Origin: an uncultured Actinomycetota bacterium
Lineage (GTDB): Bacteria > Actinomycetota > Actinomycetes > Mycobacteriales > Mycobacteriaceae
Direction: 5' to 3'
NCBI GenBank assembly: GCA_963711755.1
Contig: CAVQFK010000003.1
Location: forward strand, 2,793-66,792
Length of the DNA stretch: 64,000 nucleotides
The first letter of the stretch is position 1, and each line of letters opens with the position of its first letter. A program made the translations under genes and the position numbers. This document shows, piece after piece, positions 53,140 through 61,714 of the stretch. The notes beneath the pieces were generated by a model that was given only the letters and a program-made list of their open reading frames with translations, did not search any database and was not told where the DNA came from.

Positions 53140-53924
53140 GGCCGGCCCACCGTTGCGATCGCAAGCGTGCCGACCTGTGCGGTGAGCACTGCCCTGTCCT
53201 CGACGGCCAGCCCGTTGTCGACGATCAGCGTGTGCACCTCAGAGAGTCGCGCGAACACATTGGTGCCGACTTCGCGGTACTTGGTGTGATCGGCCAGCAC
53301 GACAAGCTGTGCACCGATTCCGATCAGCGTTCGATTCGTTTGGGCCTCTGCGATATTCGGTGTCGTCAAGCCGGCCTCCGGATCCAGCCCGTGCACGCCG
53401 AGATAGCTGGCGTCGACCCGAAAGGATGCGATGGCGGCGTCGGCGATCGGTCCGACGAGGGCATCGGACGGGGTGCGAACACCGCCGGACAGGTAGACCT
53501 GCGGCGCGTCGGCGGCATCGGATTCGGGGTCGGTCAGCACCGCGAAGACGCTGAACGAGTTCGTCACCACCGTGATCGAGGACCGACGGCGCAGCCTGCG
53601 GGCGAGCTCGGTGGTGGTGGTGCCCGCGCTGATCGCAATCGTCATGCCGTCCTCGACGGACGCCGCCGCGACGGAGGCGATGGCCGCCTTCTCGGCACGC
53701 TGCTGGGCCGCCTTCACCGAGGACCCCGGTTCCTCGCCGCGGTTGTGCCTCGGCACGGCGCCGCCGTGCACCTTGCGCAGCAGGTTCTGGGCATCGAGGG
53801 CGTCGAGGTCACGGCGCACGGTCATCTCGGACACGTCGAGATCGGCCGCGAGGTCGGCCACGCGCACCGCGCCGCCCGCATGAAGTGCCCGCAAGATCGC
53901 GTCGCGCCGTTCCGCGGCCAGCAT
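53136..53924 (-). CDS. DeoR/GlpR family regulator
   Basis: VSEMTVRRDL, VHGGA, AGTTT, VVTNS, LVG, ADHTK. Confidence 0.93.
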   Translation of the reverse strand: MLAAERRDAILRALHAGGAVRVADLAADLDVSEMTVRRDLDALDAQNLLRKVHGGAVPRHNRGEEPGSSVKAAQQRAEKAAIASVAAASVEDGMTIAISAGTTTTELARRLRRRSSITVVTNSFSVFAVLTDPESDAADAPQVYLSGGVRTPSDALVGPIADAAIASFRVDASYLGVHGLDPEAGLTTPNIAEAQTNRTLIGIGAQLVVLADHTKYREVGTNVFARLSEVHTLIVDNGLAVEDRAVLTAQVGTLAIATVGRP

Positions 53925-53951
53925 CGCCGGAGACGCCTCCCTTCATCCTCG

Positions 53952-54030
53952 AAACGAACAATATCCAACAATTCTGGGCGAATCCTGCCACAAACGAACC
54001 TCTGGCTGTTACTTTCTGCGTTATTCCGTT
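53952..54030. promoter_or_regulatory. Putative DeoR operator repeats
   Basis: AAACGAAC direct repeat at 53952 and 53992 (40-nt spacing), with phased AAC/GTT units in the divergent promoter region. Confidence 0.4.
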
Positions 54031-54069
54031 AGAACATGTGCTGATGCCCATGTTCGCTCCAGTGAAGGA

Positions 54070-55785
54070 GTGATCCCGACGACCACCACACTGGCAGCCG
54101 AGAACGTGCTGCGACTCAATGTCGGCTGGCTCGACTACGTCCTTGTGGCGATCTATTTCGTCTTCGTCCTCGGCATCGGGTTCATCGCCCGAAGTCAGAT
54201 CTCGACCAGCCTGGACTTCTTCCTGTCCGGGCGGCGGCTCCCGGCATGGGTGACCGGCCTGGCGTTCATCTCGGCCAACCTTGGCGCCATCGAGATCATG
54301 GGCATGGCTGCCAACGGCGCCCAGGTCGGGCTTTCGACTTTTCACTACTACTGGATCGGCGCCGTGCCCGCGATGCTGTTCCTCGGCGTGGTGATGATGC
54401 CGTTCTACTACGGCTCGAAAGTTCGTAGCGTTCCCGAGTTCATGCGGCGGCGCTTCGGCCCCGGCGCGCACCTTGTCAACGCCATCAGCTTCGCGACGGC
54501 CCAGGTCCTCATCGCAGGCGTCAACCTGTTCCTGCTGGCGACCGTGATCAACGCGCTCGTCGGCTGGCCGCGCTGGCTGTCGCTGATCGTCGCGGCCGTG
54601 GTGGTGCTCAGCTACATCACGCTCGGCGGGCTTTCGGCCGCGATCTACAACGAGGTGCTGCAGTTCTTCGTCATCCTTGCGGCGCTCGTCCCGCTGACCA
54701 TCTTCGGCCTGATCCGCGTCGGCGGCTGGGAAGGCATGAAGGCCAAGATGGTTGACACCATGTCCGACGGTGCGGTCACCGCGACGGTGAACGAACAGAT
54801 AACGACATGGCCGGGCCAAGCGCTGTCCGGTTTCGACAGCCCGGTGTGGTCGGTGATCGGCATAGTGTTCGGGCTCGGCTTCGTGCTGTCGTTCGGCTAC
54901 TGGACCACCAACTTCGTCGAGGTGCAGCGCGCCATGGCGTCGAATTCGATTTCCTCGGCCCGTCGTTCGCCGATCATCGCGGCGTTCCCGAAGATGTTCA
55001 TCCCGTTCGTGATCATCGTGCCGGGCATGATCGCCGCCGCCGCGATCGGTGACATGATCCGGCTGAAGACCACCGGCGAAGGCGACATCACCTACAACGA
55101 CGCGATGCTGCTGATGATCCGCGAAATTCTGCCGAACGGGTTACTCGGGGTGGCGATCGCAGGCCTGCTCGCGTCGTTCATGGCAGGCATGGCCGCCAAC
55201 ATCTCCGCGTTCAATACCGTTTTCAGCTACGACATTTGGCAGCAGTACATCGTCAAGGAGCGGCCGGATTCCTACTACATTCTGGTCGGCAGGATCGCGA
55301 CGCTCGCCGCGACCGTGCTGGCGATCTTCACCGCGCTTATCGCGGCGGGCTACTCCAACCTGATGGACTACCTGCAGACGCTGTTCGGCTTCTTCAACGC
55401 ACCACTGTTCGCGACGTTCATCCTCGGCATGTTCTGGAAGCGGATGACCGCAACGGCCGGCTGGATGGGCTTGGTCGCCGGAACCCTTTCCGCTGTCTTC
55501 GTTTTCCTGCTCGGCGAGACCGGCGTGCTGAACCTGCCGGGGCAGGGTGTGCCCTTCCTCGCGGCGTCGGCGGCGTTCGTTGTCGACATCATCGTGAGTA
55601 TCGCGGTCAGCATGGTGACCGCACCCAAGCCGGCGGGGTCATTGGTCGGTCTGGTCTACTCCGAAACATCCAAGGACATCTTCCATGACCCGGACAGCGC
55701 CGGAAAAGCCTGGTACTACAAGCCCGTTCCGCTCGCTGCGGTGGCACTTGCGCTGACCGCCATCCTCAACATCATCTTCCACTGA
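54070..55785 (+). CDS. Sodium:solute symporter (probable galactose importer)
   Basis: DFFLSGR.LP.W, SANLGA.E, GGL.A.IYNEVLQ, YWTTN..VQR; divergent from the gal genes. Confidence 0.92.
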   Translation: MIPTTTTLAAENVLRLNVGWLDYVLVAIYFVFVLGIGFIARSQISTSLDFFLSGRRLPAWVTGLAFISANLGAIEIMGMAANGAQVGLSTFHYYWIGAVPAMLFLGVVMMPFYYGSKVRSVPEFMRRRFGPGAHLVNAISFATAQVLIAGVNLFLLATVINALVGWPRWLSLIVAAVVVLSYITLGGLSAAIYNEVLQFFVILAALVPLTIFGLIRVGGWEGMKAKMVDTMSDGAVTATVNEQITTWPGQALSGFDSPVWSVIGIVFGLGFVLSFGYWTTNFVEVQRAMASNSISSARRSPIIAAFPKMFIPFVIIVPGMIAAAAIGDMIRLKTTGEGDITYNDAMLLMIREILPNGLLGVAIAGLLASFMAGMAANISAFNTVFSYDIWQQYIVKERPDSYYILVGRIATLAATVLAIFTALIAAGYSNLMDYLQTLFGFFNAPLFATFILGMFWKRMTATAGWMGLVAGTLSAVFVFLLGETGVLNLPGQGVPFLAASAAFVVDIIVSIAVSMVTAPKPAGSLVGLVYSETSKDIFHDPDSAGKAWYYKPVPLAAVALALTAILNIIFH

Positions 55786-55797
55786 CCGGGAGTCCCC

Positions 55798-56076
55798 ATG
55801 GCAAGCAAACTGACTCAACTTTTCGACATCCGCAACGTCATCGGTGCGCTGATGGGCATCTACGGCGTCATCCTGACCATCGCCGGCTTCGCACCCGTCC
55901 TGCTGCGCGAACGAGAGAAGGGCGCGAGCGACAATCCGGTGGATCTCTACTTCGGCACAGAAGCCAATTGGTGGGTCGGACTCGCCCTCATCGGCGTCGC
56001 CGCAGTGTTCTTCGCGTGGGCGGCGCTGCGTCCGGTGCCGGTGGAACCGACGCCCGCTACCGACGACTCGCCATAG
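55798..56076 (+). CDS. Small 2-TM protein associated with the SSS transporter
   Basis: LFDIRNVIG...NWWVG; GGGAG RBS. Confidence 0.8.
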   Translation: MASKLTQLFDIRNVIGALMGIYGVILTIAGFAPVLLREREKGASDNPVDLYFGTEANWWVGLALIGVAAVFFAWAALRPVPVEPTPATDDSP

Positions 56077-56947
56077 TGGCTTCGAGTTCCTCTTCGTAGG
56101 CGCCCTCGTCGCGGCCGAGCGCGATGGTGGCCGCCGCCATCGCGGCGATGGCGACGGTCAGTGCCACCGCCTGTAGCCCGTTGACGGTGAGGTGCTCGCC
56201 AAGCACGACGGCGCCGAGCATCACCGCGATGACCGGCTCGAGCACCAGCATGGTCGGCACCGAAGTCTGCAGCGAGCCGGCATGGAAGGACGACTGCTGC
56301 AGGATCACCGCGACAATGCCAAGCACCACAAGCAAATACAGCACCGGCGTGGTGAGCACATAACGCAGTCCCTCATGCACCAGCAGGTGCATCACCAGCT
56401 TCGTCAACACGGCAACCACACCGAACAAGACGCCGACGGCAACGGCAAGAAGCACAGCGCGCTTCCAGCCCGCGGTTCGAACGGCCACGATCACACACGC
56501 CGTGACCGCAGCGGTGCAGACCAGAGCGACCAGCGCCGAGGACGGCAGCGACGCCTCGTAGTCGCCGGGGCGGGTCTTGGCCAACACGACGAACACGGCA
56601 AGGGCGAGGGTCAGCAGCAGTGCCCATGCCCATTCGCCGCGGGTAACGCTGCGGTGTGCAAGGCGTGCGCTCATGGGCAGCGCGAAGAGCAACGCGGACA
56701 CCAGTATCGGCTGCACAAGCAGCAGGGATCCGTTCGCCAGCGCCAGCGCCTGGAACACATACCCTGCGACGGCGGCGGCGGTGCCCGCCCACCACAGCGG
56801 CCTGCGAATCAACGTCAGCACCATGACACTGCTCACACCGTGCTCGGCGGGAACGTCCACCGTCGCGCGTTGACGCACGACAATGCCGATCGCGAGGAAC
56901 AACGCCGCGAGCAGCGCTAGCAGCACCGTCAGACCCTGGCCTACCAA
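56057..56947 (-). CDS. DMT family transporter
   Basis: RQRA, RRPLWWAG, QALALANGSLLLVQP, QSSFHAGSL, EPV; probable TTG start. Confidence 0.85.
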   Translation of the reverse strand: MVGQGLTVLLALLAALFLAIGIVVRQRATVDVPAEHGVSSVMVLTLIRRPLWWAGTAAAVAGYVFQALALANGSLLLVQPILVSALLFALPMSARLAHRSVTRGEWAWALLLTLALAVFVVLAKTRPGDYEASLPSSALVALVCTAAVTACVIVAVRTAGWKRAVLLAVAVGVLFGVVAVLTKLVMHLLVHEGLRYVLTTPVLYLLVVLGIVAVILQQSSFHAGSLQTSVPTMLVLEPVIAVMLGAVVLGEHLTVNGLQAVALTVAIAAMAAATIALGRDEGAYEEELEATMASRR

Positions 56948-57061
56948 AGCGTGCTCAACCCCTTCCAGGCCATGGCCATCACACCCACAAGAACAGCACA
57001 TTTGGCGACGGCACGCCTACTCGGTGGTTTTGACACGCGACAAGTGGGCATATACGTCGGC

Positions 57062-57406
57062 ATGAGCGTGCGACGGTTGATTTTGCTGGTTGGTGCGATC
57101 GCGTTGATCGCGGGGGTGATCGCGCTGATGCTGCCGGTGTCGGTACCCGGCCCGGAGGGCCAAAGCGTCGGATGCGGGAACGGCATCGCCGCGGACACGT
57201 CGGCTGCCAGTCAGGCCGACAACAGCAACCCGGTGAACCTGCCGATCATCAACGAGATCGTGCCGCACACCGACCTGGTGGCCCAATGCGACTCGGCGGT
57301 GTCCTCCCGGCGAGCATGGGCGATTCCGCTGGCCGTGGTCGGCCTGGTGGTCGCCGCCGGCTCGTTCTTCGTCGGAGGCAGGGCGTCCAGCGCGCGGGCC
57401 GGATAG
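57062..57406 (+). CDS. Conserved 2-TM protein with a Cys pair
   Basis: TM-PVSV..VGCGNG...AQCDSAVSSRRAW-TM. Confidence 0.78.
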   Translation: MSVRRLILLVGAIALIAGVIALMLPVSVPGPEGQSVGCGNGIAADTSAASQADNSNPVNLPIINEIVPHTDLVAQCDSAVSSRRAWAIPLAVVGLVVAAGSFFVGGRASSARAG

Positions 57407-57409
57407 CGG

Positions 57410-57682
57410 CTAGCTGGCTTCGCGGCCCTCGACGAGGTGCAGGCGTGGCCGCTCCTGCGTCGGTGCGATCTTGTCGTTGACCCGCTCGACGACCGAGTCG
57501 ACCCGGTTGACCGCCCGGTCGCACAGCCCGCGGACCCGCTCCCCGGCGGCGTCGACGTCGTCGGCCGCACTGAGCAGGTACGCACGGAGGTTAACGCGCA
57601 GCCGGTCACCGGCCCTGCGCGCCCTGCGGCGCACTCGGTCGTCGATCTCGACGGTGACGTAGGGCAACACCTGAAGTTTCAT
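57410..57682 (-). CDS. Hypothetical protein
   Basis: 90 aa with a strong GGGGAGG RBS; follows the 57718..58113 gene. Confidence 0.55.
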   Translation of the reverse strand: MKLQVLPYVTVEIDDRVRRRARRAGDRLRVNLRAYLLSAADDVDAAGERVRGLCDRAVNRVDSVVERVNDKIAPTQERPRLHLVEGREAS

Positions 57683-57717
57683 CTCGCCCCTCCCCTTCGT
57701 GGATGCCTGCGCTCACC

Positions 57718-58113
57718 TTACTGGCCGGACTTGGCCTCCTTGGCTTCCTTGGCCTCCTTGAGGGCCGCCCGACCTGCCGGGCTGGCCGCGGAGTTGCCGG
57801 ACTTGGTGGCCGTTGCCACGGCGGCGTTGCAGTTCAGGTTCACAAGGACGGTGTCGGTGACGGGTGCGAAGTCGTCCCCCTTGAGCCATGGCGCGGCTTC
57901 GGAGCTCGTCACGACGCAGTTGTCGTCCGAAAGCCCGTCGCCCGCGCGCGTCGTGATCACGGCCTTCTTGCCCGCCTTGCTGATCGCCTCGGACGCGTCG
58001 GCGTAGGTCTGACCGGTGTAGTCGTCGGCGGCGGCGGCCACGCCGCTTCCGAGAAATGCCATGGATACCGCCGTCGCCCCGAGGGCCGCCGCGTAGACGC
58101 TCAGCTTCTTCAT
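57718..58113 (-). CDS. Secreted protein (PASTA-like single domain)
   Basis: Signal peptide AAA-ADDYTGQTYADA, two Cys, GNSAASPAGR, EAK repeats. Confidence 0.8.
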   Translation of the reverse strand: MKKLSVYAAALGATAVSMAFLGSGVAAAADDYTGQTYADASEAISKAGKKAVITTRAGDGLSDDNCVVTSSEAAPWLKGDDFAPVTDTVLVNLNCNAAVATATKSGNSAASPAGRAALKEAKEAKEAKSGQ

Positions 58114-58307
58114 AGCGACTGGACATTAGGCCGCCGAACTGCGAAGACGCTGGGAAGACGCCTGGGCGCTTCCTGGAAAGTGACGGCTAACTGGACCGGG
58201 CGGTCTGGTCAGGGAGGTCAAGCGCCAGGTGATAGCCGATTCTCCGCGTTGACTGAGCCATTTTCTGGACGATATAGTTCACTTACACCACTAGATAGGA
58301 CGTGAAA

Positions 58308-58574
58308 ATGAGGTCAGGCCTTACGGGTCGCCGGCTCGCTGCTACCGCAGGTCTCGCGGCGATAGTTTCCATGGGCATCTTGAGTGCCTGTGCGCAGGAG
58401 GAAAAGGCGCCGGAAACTCCCACTGAAACCACCACAACCACCACGACGACCACCACCGCGCCGCCGGTTGAGCCGACGGAGAAGGCTCCGCGCCTCGATC
58501 CCGGCCAGCCGAACCCGTTCTCCCCGACGGTGCACGCACCGCCTGCGCCGACGGCCCCTCCCGGCGACAACTAG
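58308..58574 (+). CDS. Small Thr/Pro-rich lipoprotein (paralog B)
   Basis: Lipobox LSAC, poly-Thr; tail 37/38 aa identical to paralog A. Confidence 0.85.
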   Translation: MRSGLTGRRLAATAGLAAIVSMGILSACAQEEKAPETPTETTTTTTTTTTAPPVEPTEKAPRLDPGQPNPFSPTVHAPPAPTAPPGDN

Positions 58575-58614
58575 TCCGCCGAGTCCAACCCGTCTCCAAC
58601 CCGTCTCCGCCCGG

Positions 58615-59256
58615 TCATCCCACCGACTGGGCGGAGACGGCGTATGACGCGACGTGGCCGATGGCCATGTTCAGCGCGGCCTGCATGAGTCGGGGGTCGC
58701 GCCCCGTCTGCGACAGCAGATAGCCGCCTTCCACGGCGGCAAGCAAACCCGTTGCGAGCGCTTTGATGTCGGTGTCGGAACGAAGCACGCCGCCGTCGCG
58801 CATCCGCTCGAGCGCGGCACCGAGCAGGCCTCTCCATTCGGTGAAGTGCTCGGCGAGTGAGGCGCGCGCCCTGTCGTCCGTATCGGACAATTCGGCTGCG
58901 AGAGAACCGAGTTCGCAGCCCCACAATCCGCGCCGCAGCGCACACCGCTGAACCATAGCGTCGCGCCACTGGTACAGCCCGCGGAACGAATCCACCTTCT
59001 CGAGCCGCAGCCGCTGCCACGAAAGGATCTCGTCGGCGCGCAGCGTGATGACCTCGTAAACCAGCTCCGATTTGTCTTCGAAGTGTTGGTAGAACTGGGA
59101 TTTGCTTGTCGCACTGGCGGCCAGCACGTCGTCGATCGTGGTCGCCGCCACCCCTTGCACGTGCATCAGCTCGGCGGCAGCGAGCACAATCCTGGTGCGT
59201 GTGGCTGCGCCTCTTGACGTCAGTTTCGGCCGCGATGCGGGGCTCTCGGGCGGCAC
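58615..59256 (-). CDS. TetR/AcrR (LmrA/NemR-like) regulator
   Basis: TTIDDVLAASATSKSQFYQHFEDKSEL, GCELGSLAAE. Confidence 0.9.
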   Translation of the reverse strand: MPPESPASRPKLTSRGAATRTRIVLAAAELMHVQGVAATTIDDVLAASATSKSQFYQHFEDKSELVYEVITLRADEILSWQRLRLEKVDSFRGLYQWRDAMVQRCALRRGLWGCELGSLAAELSDTDDRARASLAEHFTEWRGLLGAALERMRDGGVLRSDTDIKALATGLLAAVEGGYLLSQTGRDPRLMQAALNMAIGHVASYAVSAQSVG

Positions 59257-59311
59257 AGTCTCACTGTAACTGGAACAAATAGTCCGAAGCGAGCTTCGGC
59301 GGCTGTGCTCG

Positions 59312-59342
59312 TGATGAGTTCGGGCGCTCGGTGCGGTCTATT
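59312..59342 (+). promoter_or_regulatory. SigG-type promoter, leaderless
   Basis: TGATGA-N18-GTCTATT, then 5 nt to ATG 59348; shares GATGAGTT...TGCGGTCT with the 42903-42933 site. Confidence 0.6.
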
Positions 59343-59347
59343 GATAC

Positions 59348-60046
59348 ATGGACACGCCTGGAATCGTCACACCGCAGGGTTGGGAAGCCGCTCGCCAAGA
59401 GCTGCTGGTCAAAGAGAAGGAACTCATCAGGGCTCGCGATGCGCTGGCCGCCGAGCGGCGCAGGATGCCACGGATGGCCGTCGAAACGGACTACCTGTTC
59501 GGTGGACAGCACGGTCCTGCTGGCTTAGGTGATCTATTCGAAGGCAGGCGCCAGCTGATCGTCTACCGGTTCTTCTTCCAACCCGATGTCGACGGCTGGC
59601 CCGATCGTGGCTGTCCCGGTTGCTCGTTGCTCGCCGACCAGGTCGCCCACCCGGCTCACCTGAACGCCCGCGACACCACGCTGGTGTTTGTGTCGCGGGC
59701 GCCGCAGGAGAGCATCGAGCGGCTCAAGAAGGACATGGGCTGGGACAACATCCCCTGGTACACGCTCACCGACGACTTCGATGCGGACTTCGGCGTCGAC
59801 GAATGGCACGGCACCAACGTCTTCCTGCGCTCAACCGATGAGACTGGCGACCGGATCTTTCGCACCTACTTCGTGCACGACAGGGGTGACGAGGCGATGG
59901 GTGGCACGTGGGCATACCTCGACATCACCCCGTTCGGTCGGCAGGAGGACTGGGAGGACTCGCCGCAGGGCTATCCGCAGGAGCCGCCGTACCAGTGGTG
60001 GCGGCGGCACGACGAGTACCAGGCCCGCCCCAAAACGGGCGAATGA
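59348..60046 (+). CDS. DUF899 thioredoxin-like protein
   Basis: W.AAR..LL.KEKE, DLFEGRRQLIVY, GCPGCS, VSRAP, LD.TP.GRQE. Confidence 0.92.
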   Translation: MDTPGIVTPQGWEAARQELLVKEKELIRARDALAAERRRMPRMAVETDYLFGGQHGPAGLGDLFEGRRQLIVYRFFFQPDVDGWPDRGCPGCSLLADQVAHPAHLNARDTTLVFVSRAPQESIERLKKDMGWDNIPWYTLTDDFDADFGVDEWHGTNVFLRSTDETGDRIFRTYFVHDRGDEAMGGTWAYLDITPFGRQEDWEDSPQGYPQEPPYQWWRRHDEYQARPKTGE

Positions 60047-60446
60047 CCAGCACGTAGGCCACCACTACCGCCAGCGGTGCCACTACCGGCAGCCACGGCA
60101 CCTGCAGCGGCAGCGAGGCGGCACCGAGAGCCGCCGCCGTGAACGCGACCGCACCAACCACTGTCGGCGCGGTCGCAGCGGCGGCGTGCCGGAGCACCAG
60201 GTACCCGGCCGCCGCGAGGCCCGACACCGCCACGAGCATGGCCGGTGCGTCGGCGACGACGATCACCGCTGCCGTGCAGACGACGGCGAGTGTTGCCGCA
60301 GGCCGAAAGACCGTGCCCGCCAACACCGCAGCCGCGGCGACGCCCGCGGGCAGCAGCGCTGCCACATCCGCAGCGACGACGGCGGCGGCGACCATCACGA
60401 AGCCGAACGCGGCCGAAAGGACCCGGGCTTGTGCGGCTGCGGTCAT
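59925..60446 (-). CDS. Ala/Val-rich membrane protein (Rv3162c-like)
   Basis: Last gene of the moxR cluster; about 4-5 TM; the ORF overlaps the DUF899 3' end by 122 nt. Confidence 0.7.
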   Translation of the reverse strand: MTAAAQARVLSAAFGFVMVAAAVVAADVAALLPAGVAAAAVLAGTVFRPAATLAVVCTAAVIVVADAPAMLVAVSGLAAAGYLVLRHAAAATAPTVVGAVAFTAAALGAASLPLQVPWLPVVAPLAVVVAYVLVIRPFWGGPGTRRAAATTGTAAPADSPAASPPSPPADRTG

Positions 60447-60447
60447 G

Positions 60448-61707
60448 TCATCGCCGCCTTGAGGCCCGGCGACGGTGATCGGGCACCAGATGCATCGCCT
60501 GATCCAGGGTGGCGTCGCCGCGCCACGACACCACGTCGACACCGATGGTGCCCATGTCCCTGTACATGAACGAGCGCTGCATCGACCACATCCTTGCGAC
60601 CAGGTCGTCACGCACGTCGGAGAAGGGTGCGCCTTCCAGCACGTCGACGGCGACCACGGTGTGACCGCGCCTGCGCAGGTCGATCAGCGCCAACGCGAAC
60701 TCGGTGTCAAGGAGCGTAGAGAACGCGATGACGATGGCGCCCGGCGGAAGCGCGGCGCGGGGCGCCAACGTGCCGGTGAGGTTCTCGTACTCGTCGCCCG
60801 CGGCAAGCACGGCGTCGAGCACCCGGTAGAACTGCCGCCGGCCGATGTCCGCACCGAGCCAGCGCGGCCTGCGGTCCCCGAGTGCGACGATGCCAGCTCG
60901 ATCACCGCTGCGCAGCGCGCTCTGGATGACCTGCATCGCGCCGCGCACCGTCCGGTCGGCGGCCGCGGTCGCAGGGCCCGGCGGCTGGGGATAGTTGTCG
61001 ATCAGCACCACCACGTCGGCGGCCCGATCTGTCAACCGCTCGGTGACGTGCAGGCTGCCGCGCCGCGCGCTCACCGGCCAGTTGACGGTGCGTAGCTGAT
61101 CGCCCGGCACATAGCGACGGACGTCGGCGTATTCGACGCCGGGGCCGATGTGCCTGGTGAGGTGGGTGCCAAGGCGGTCCAGCAGCTCGGTCCGCGGGAT
61201 CGACGTCGACTGCGGCGGCGCGATGGGGAACACGAATACCTCGGCGGCGTCGACGGTTGCCGTTCCGGTCAGGAGCCCGCCCCGCGCATCGACATTCACG
61301 TTGGCGCGAATGGGATAGCGGCCCCAGCGGCCGGCCGCCACCGTCACGGTTTGACGGGCGGGAGGTGCCTCGGTGACCGTTTCGATCGACATGCCCTCCA
61401 GGGTGGAGACCGTGAGACCTGTTGTCACGTAATCGGATCCGGCGGCGCACCAGAGGCTCAGCTGGGTCTGCTCGCCTTCGAAGCACCGGTGGATTCCGGG
61501 ATGCGCGTGTACACGGACCTCCGGCGTCGGCCGCTGCCAGCCGATCGAGCAGAGCACACCGATCAGCGGCGCGGCGAACACCACGAGTTGCCACTGCGCC
61601 CCGATCAGTGCGACCGCGAGCGCGACTGCTGCGCACGTGGCGATCGACAGTGTCAATGCCGATGGGCGCCAGGACAACTCGGCCGGCGCGTGCCGCTCGT
61701 CGATCAC
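60448..61707 (-). CDS. DUF58 domain protein
   Basis: G.GVEYADVRRYVPGDQLRTVNW.VSARRG.LHV. Confidence 0.9.
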   Translation of the reverse strand: MIDERHAPAELSWRPSALTLSIATCAAVALAVALIGAQWQLVVFAAPLIGVLCSIGWQRPTPEVRVHAHPGIHRCFEGEQTQLSLWCAAGSDYVTTGLTVSTLEGMSIETVTEAPPARQTVTVAAGRWGRYPIRANVNVDARGGLLTGTATVDAAEVFVFPIAPPQSTSIPRTELLDRLGTHLTRHIGPGVEYADVRRYVPGDQLRTVNWPVSARRGSLHVTERLTDRAADVVVLIDNYPQPPGPATAAADRTVRGAMQVIQSALRSGDRAGIVALGDRRPRWLGADIGRRQFYRVLDAVLAAGDEYENLTGTLAPRAALPPGAIVIAFSTLLDTEFALALIDLRRRGHTVVAVDVLEGAPFSDVRDDLVARMWSMQRSFMYRDMGTIGVDVVSWRGDATLDQAMHLVPDHRRRASRRR

Positions 61708-61714
61708 GATATCC

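Noticed and set aside
58584-58608. Tandem 11-mer TCCAACCCGTC x2.3
   Set aside because: Short slippage-type duplication between convergent genes with no evident function.
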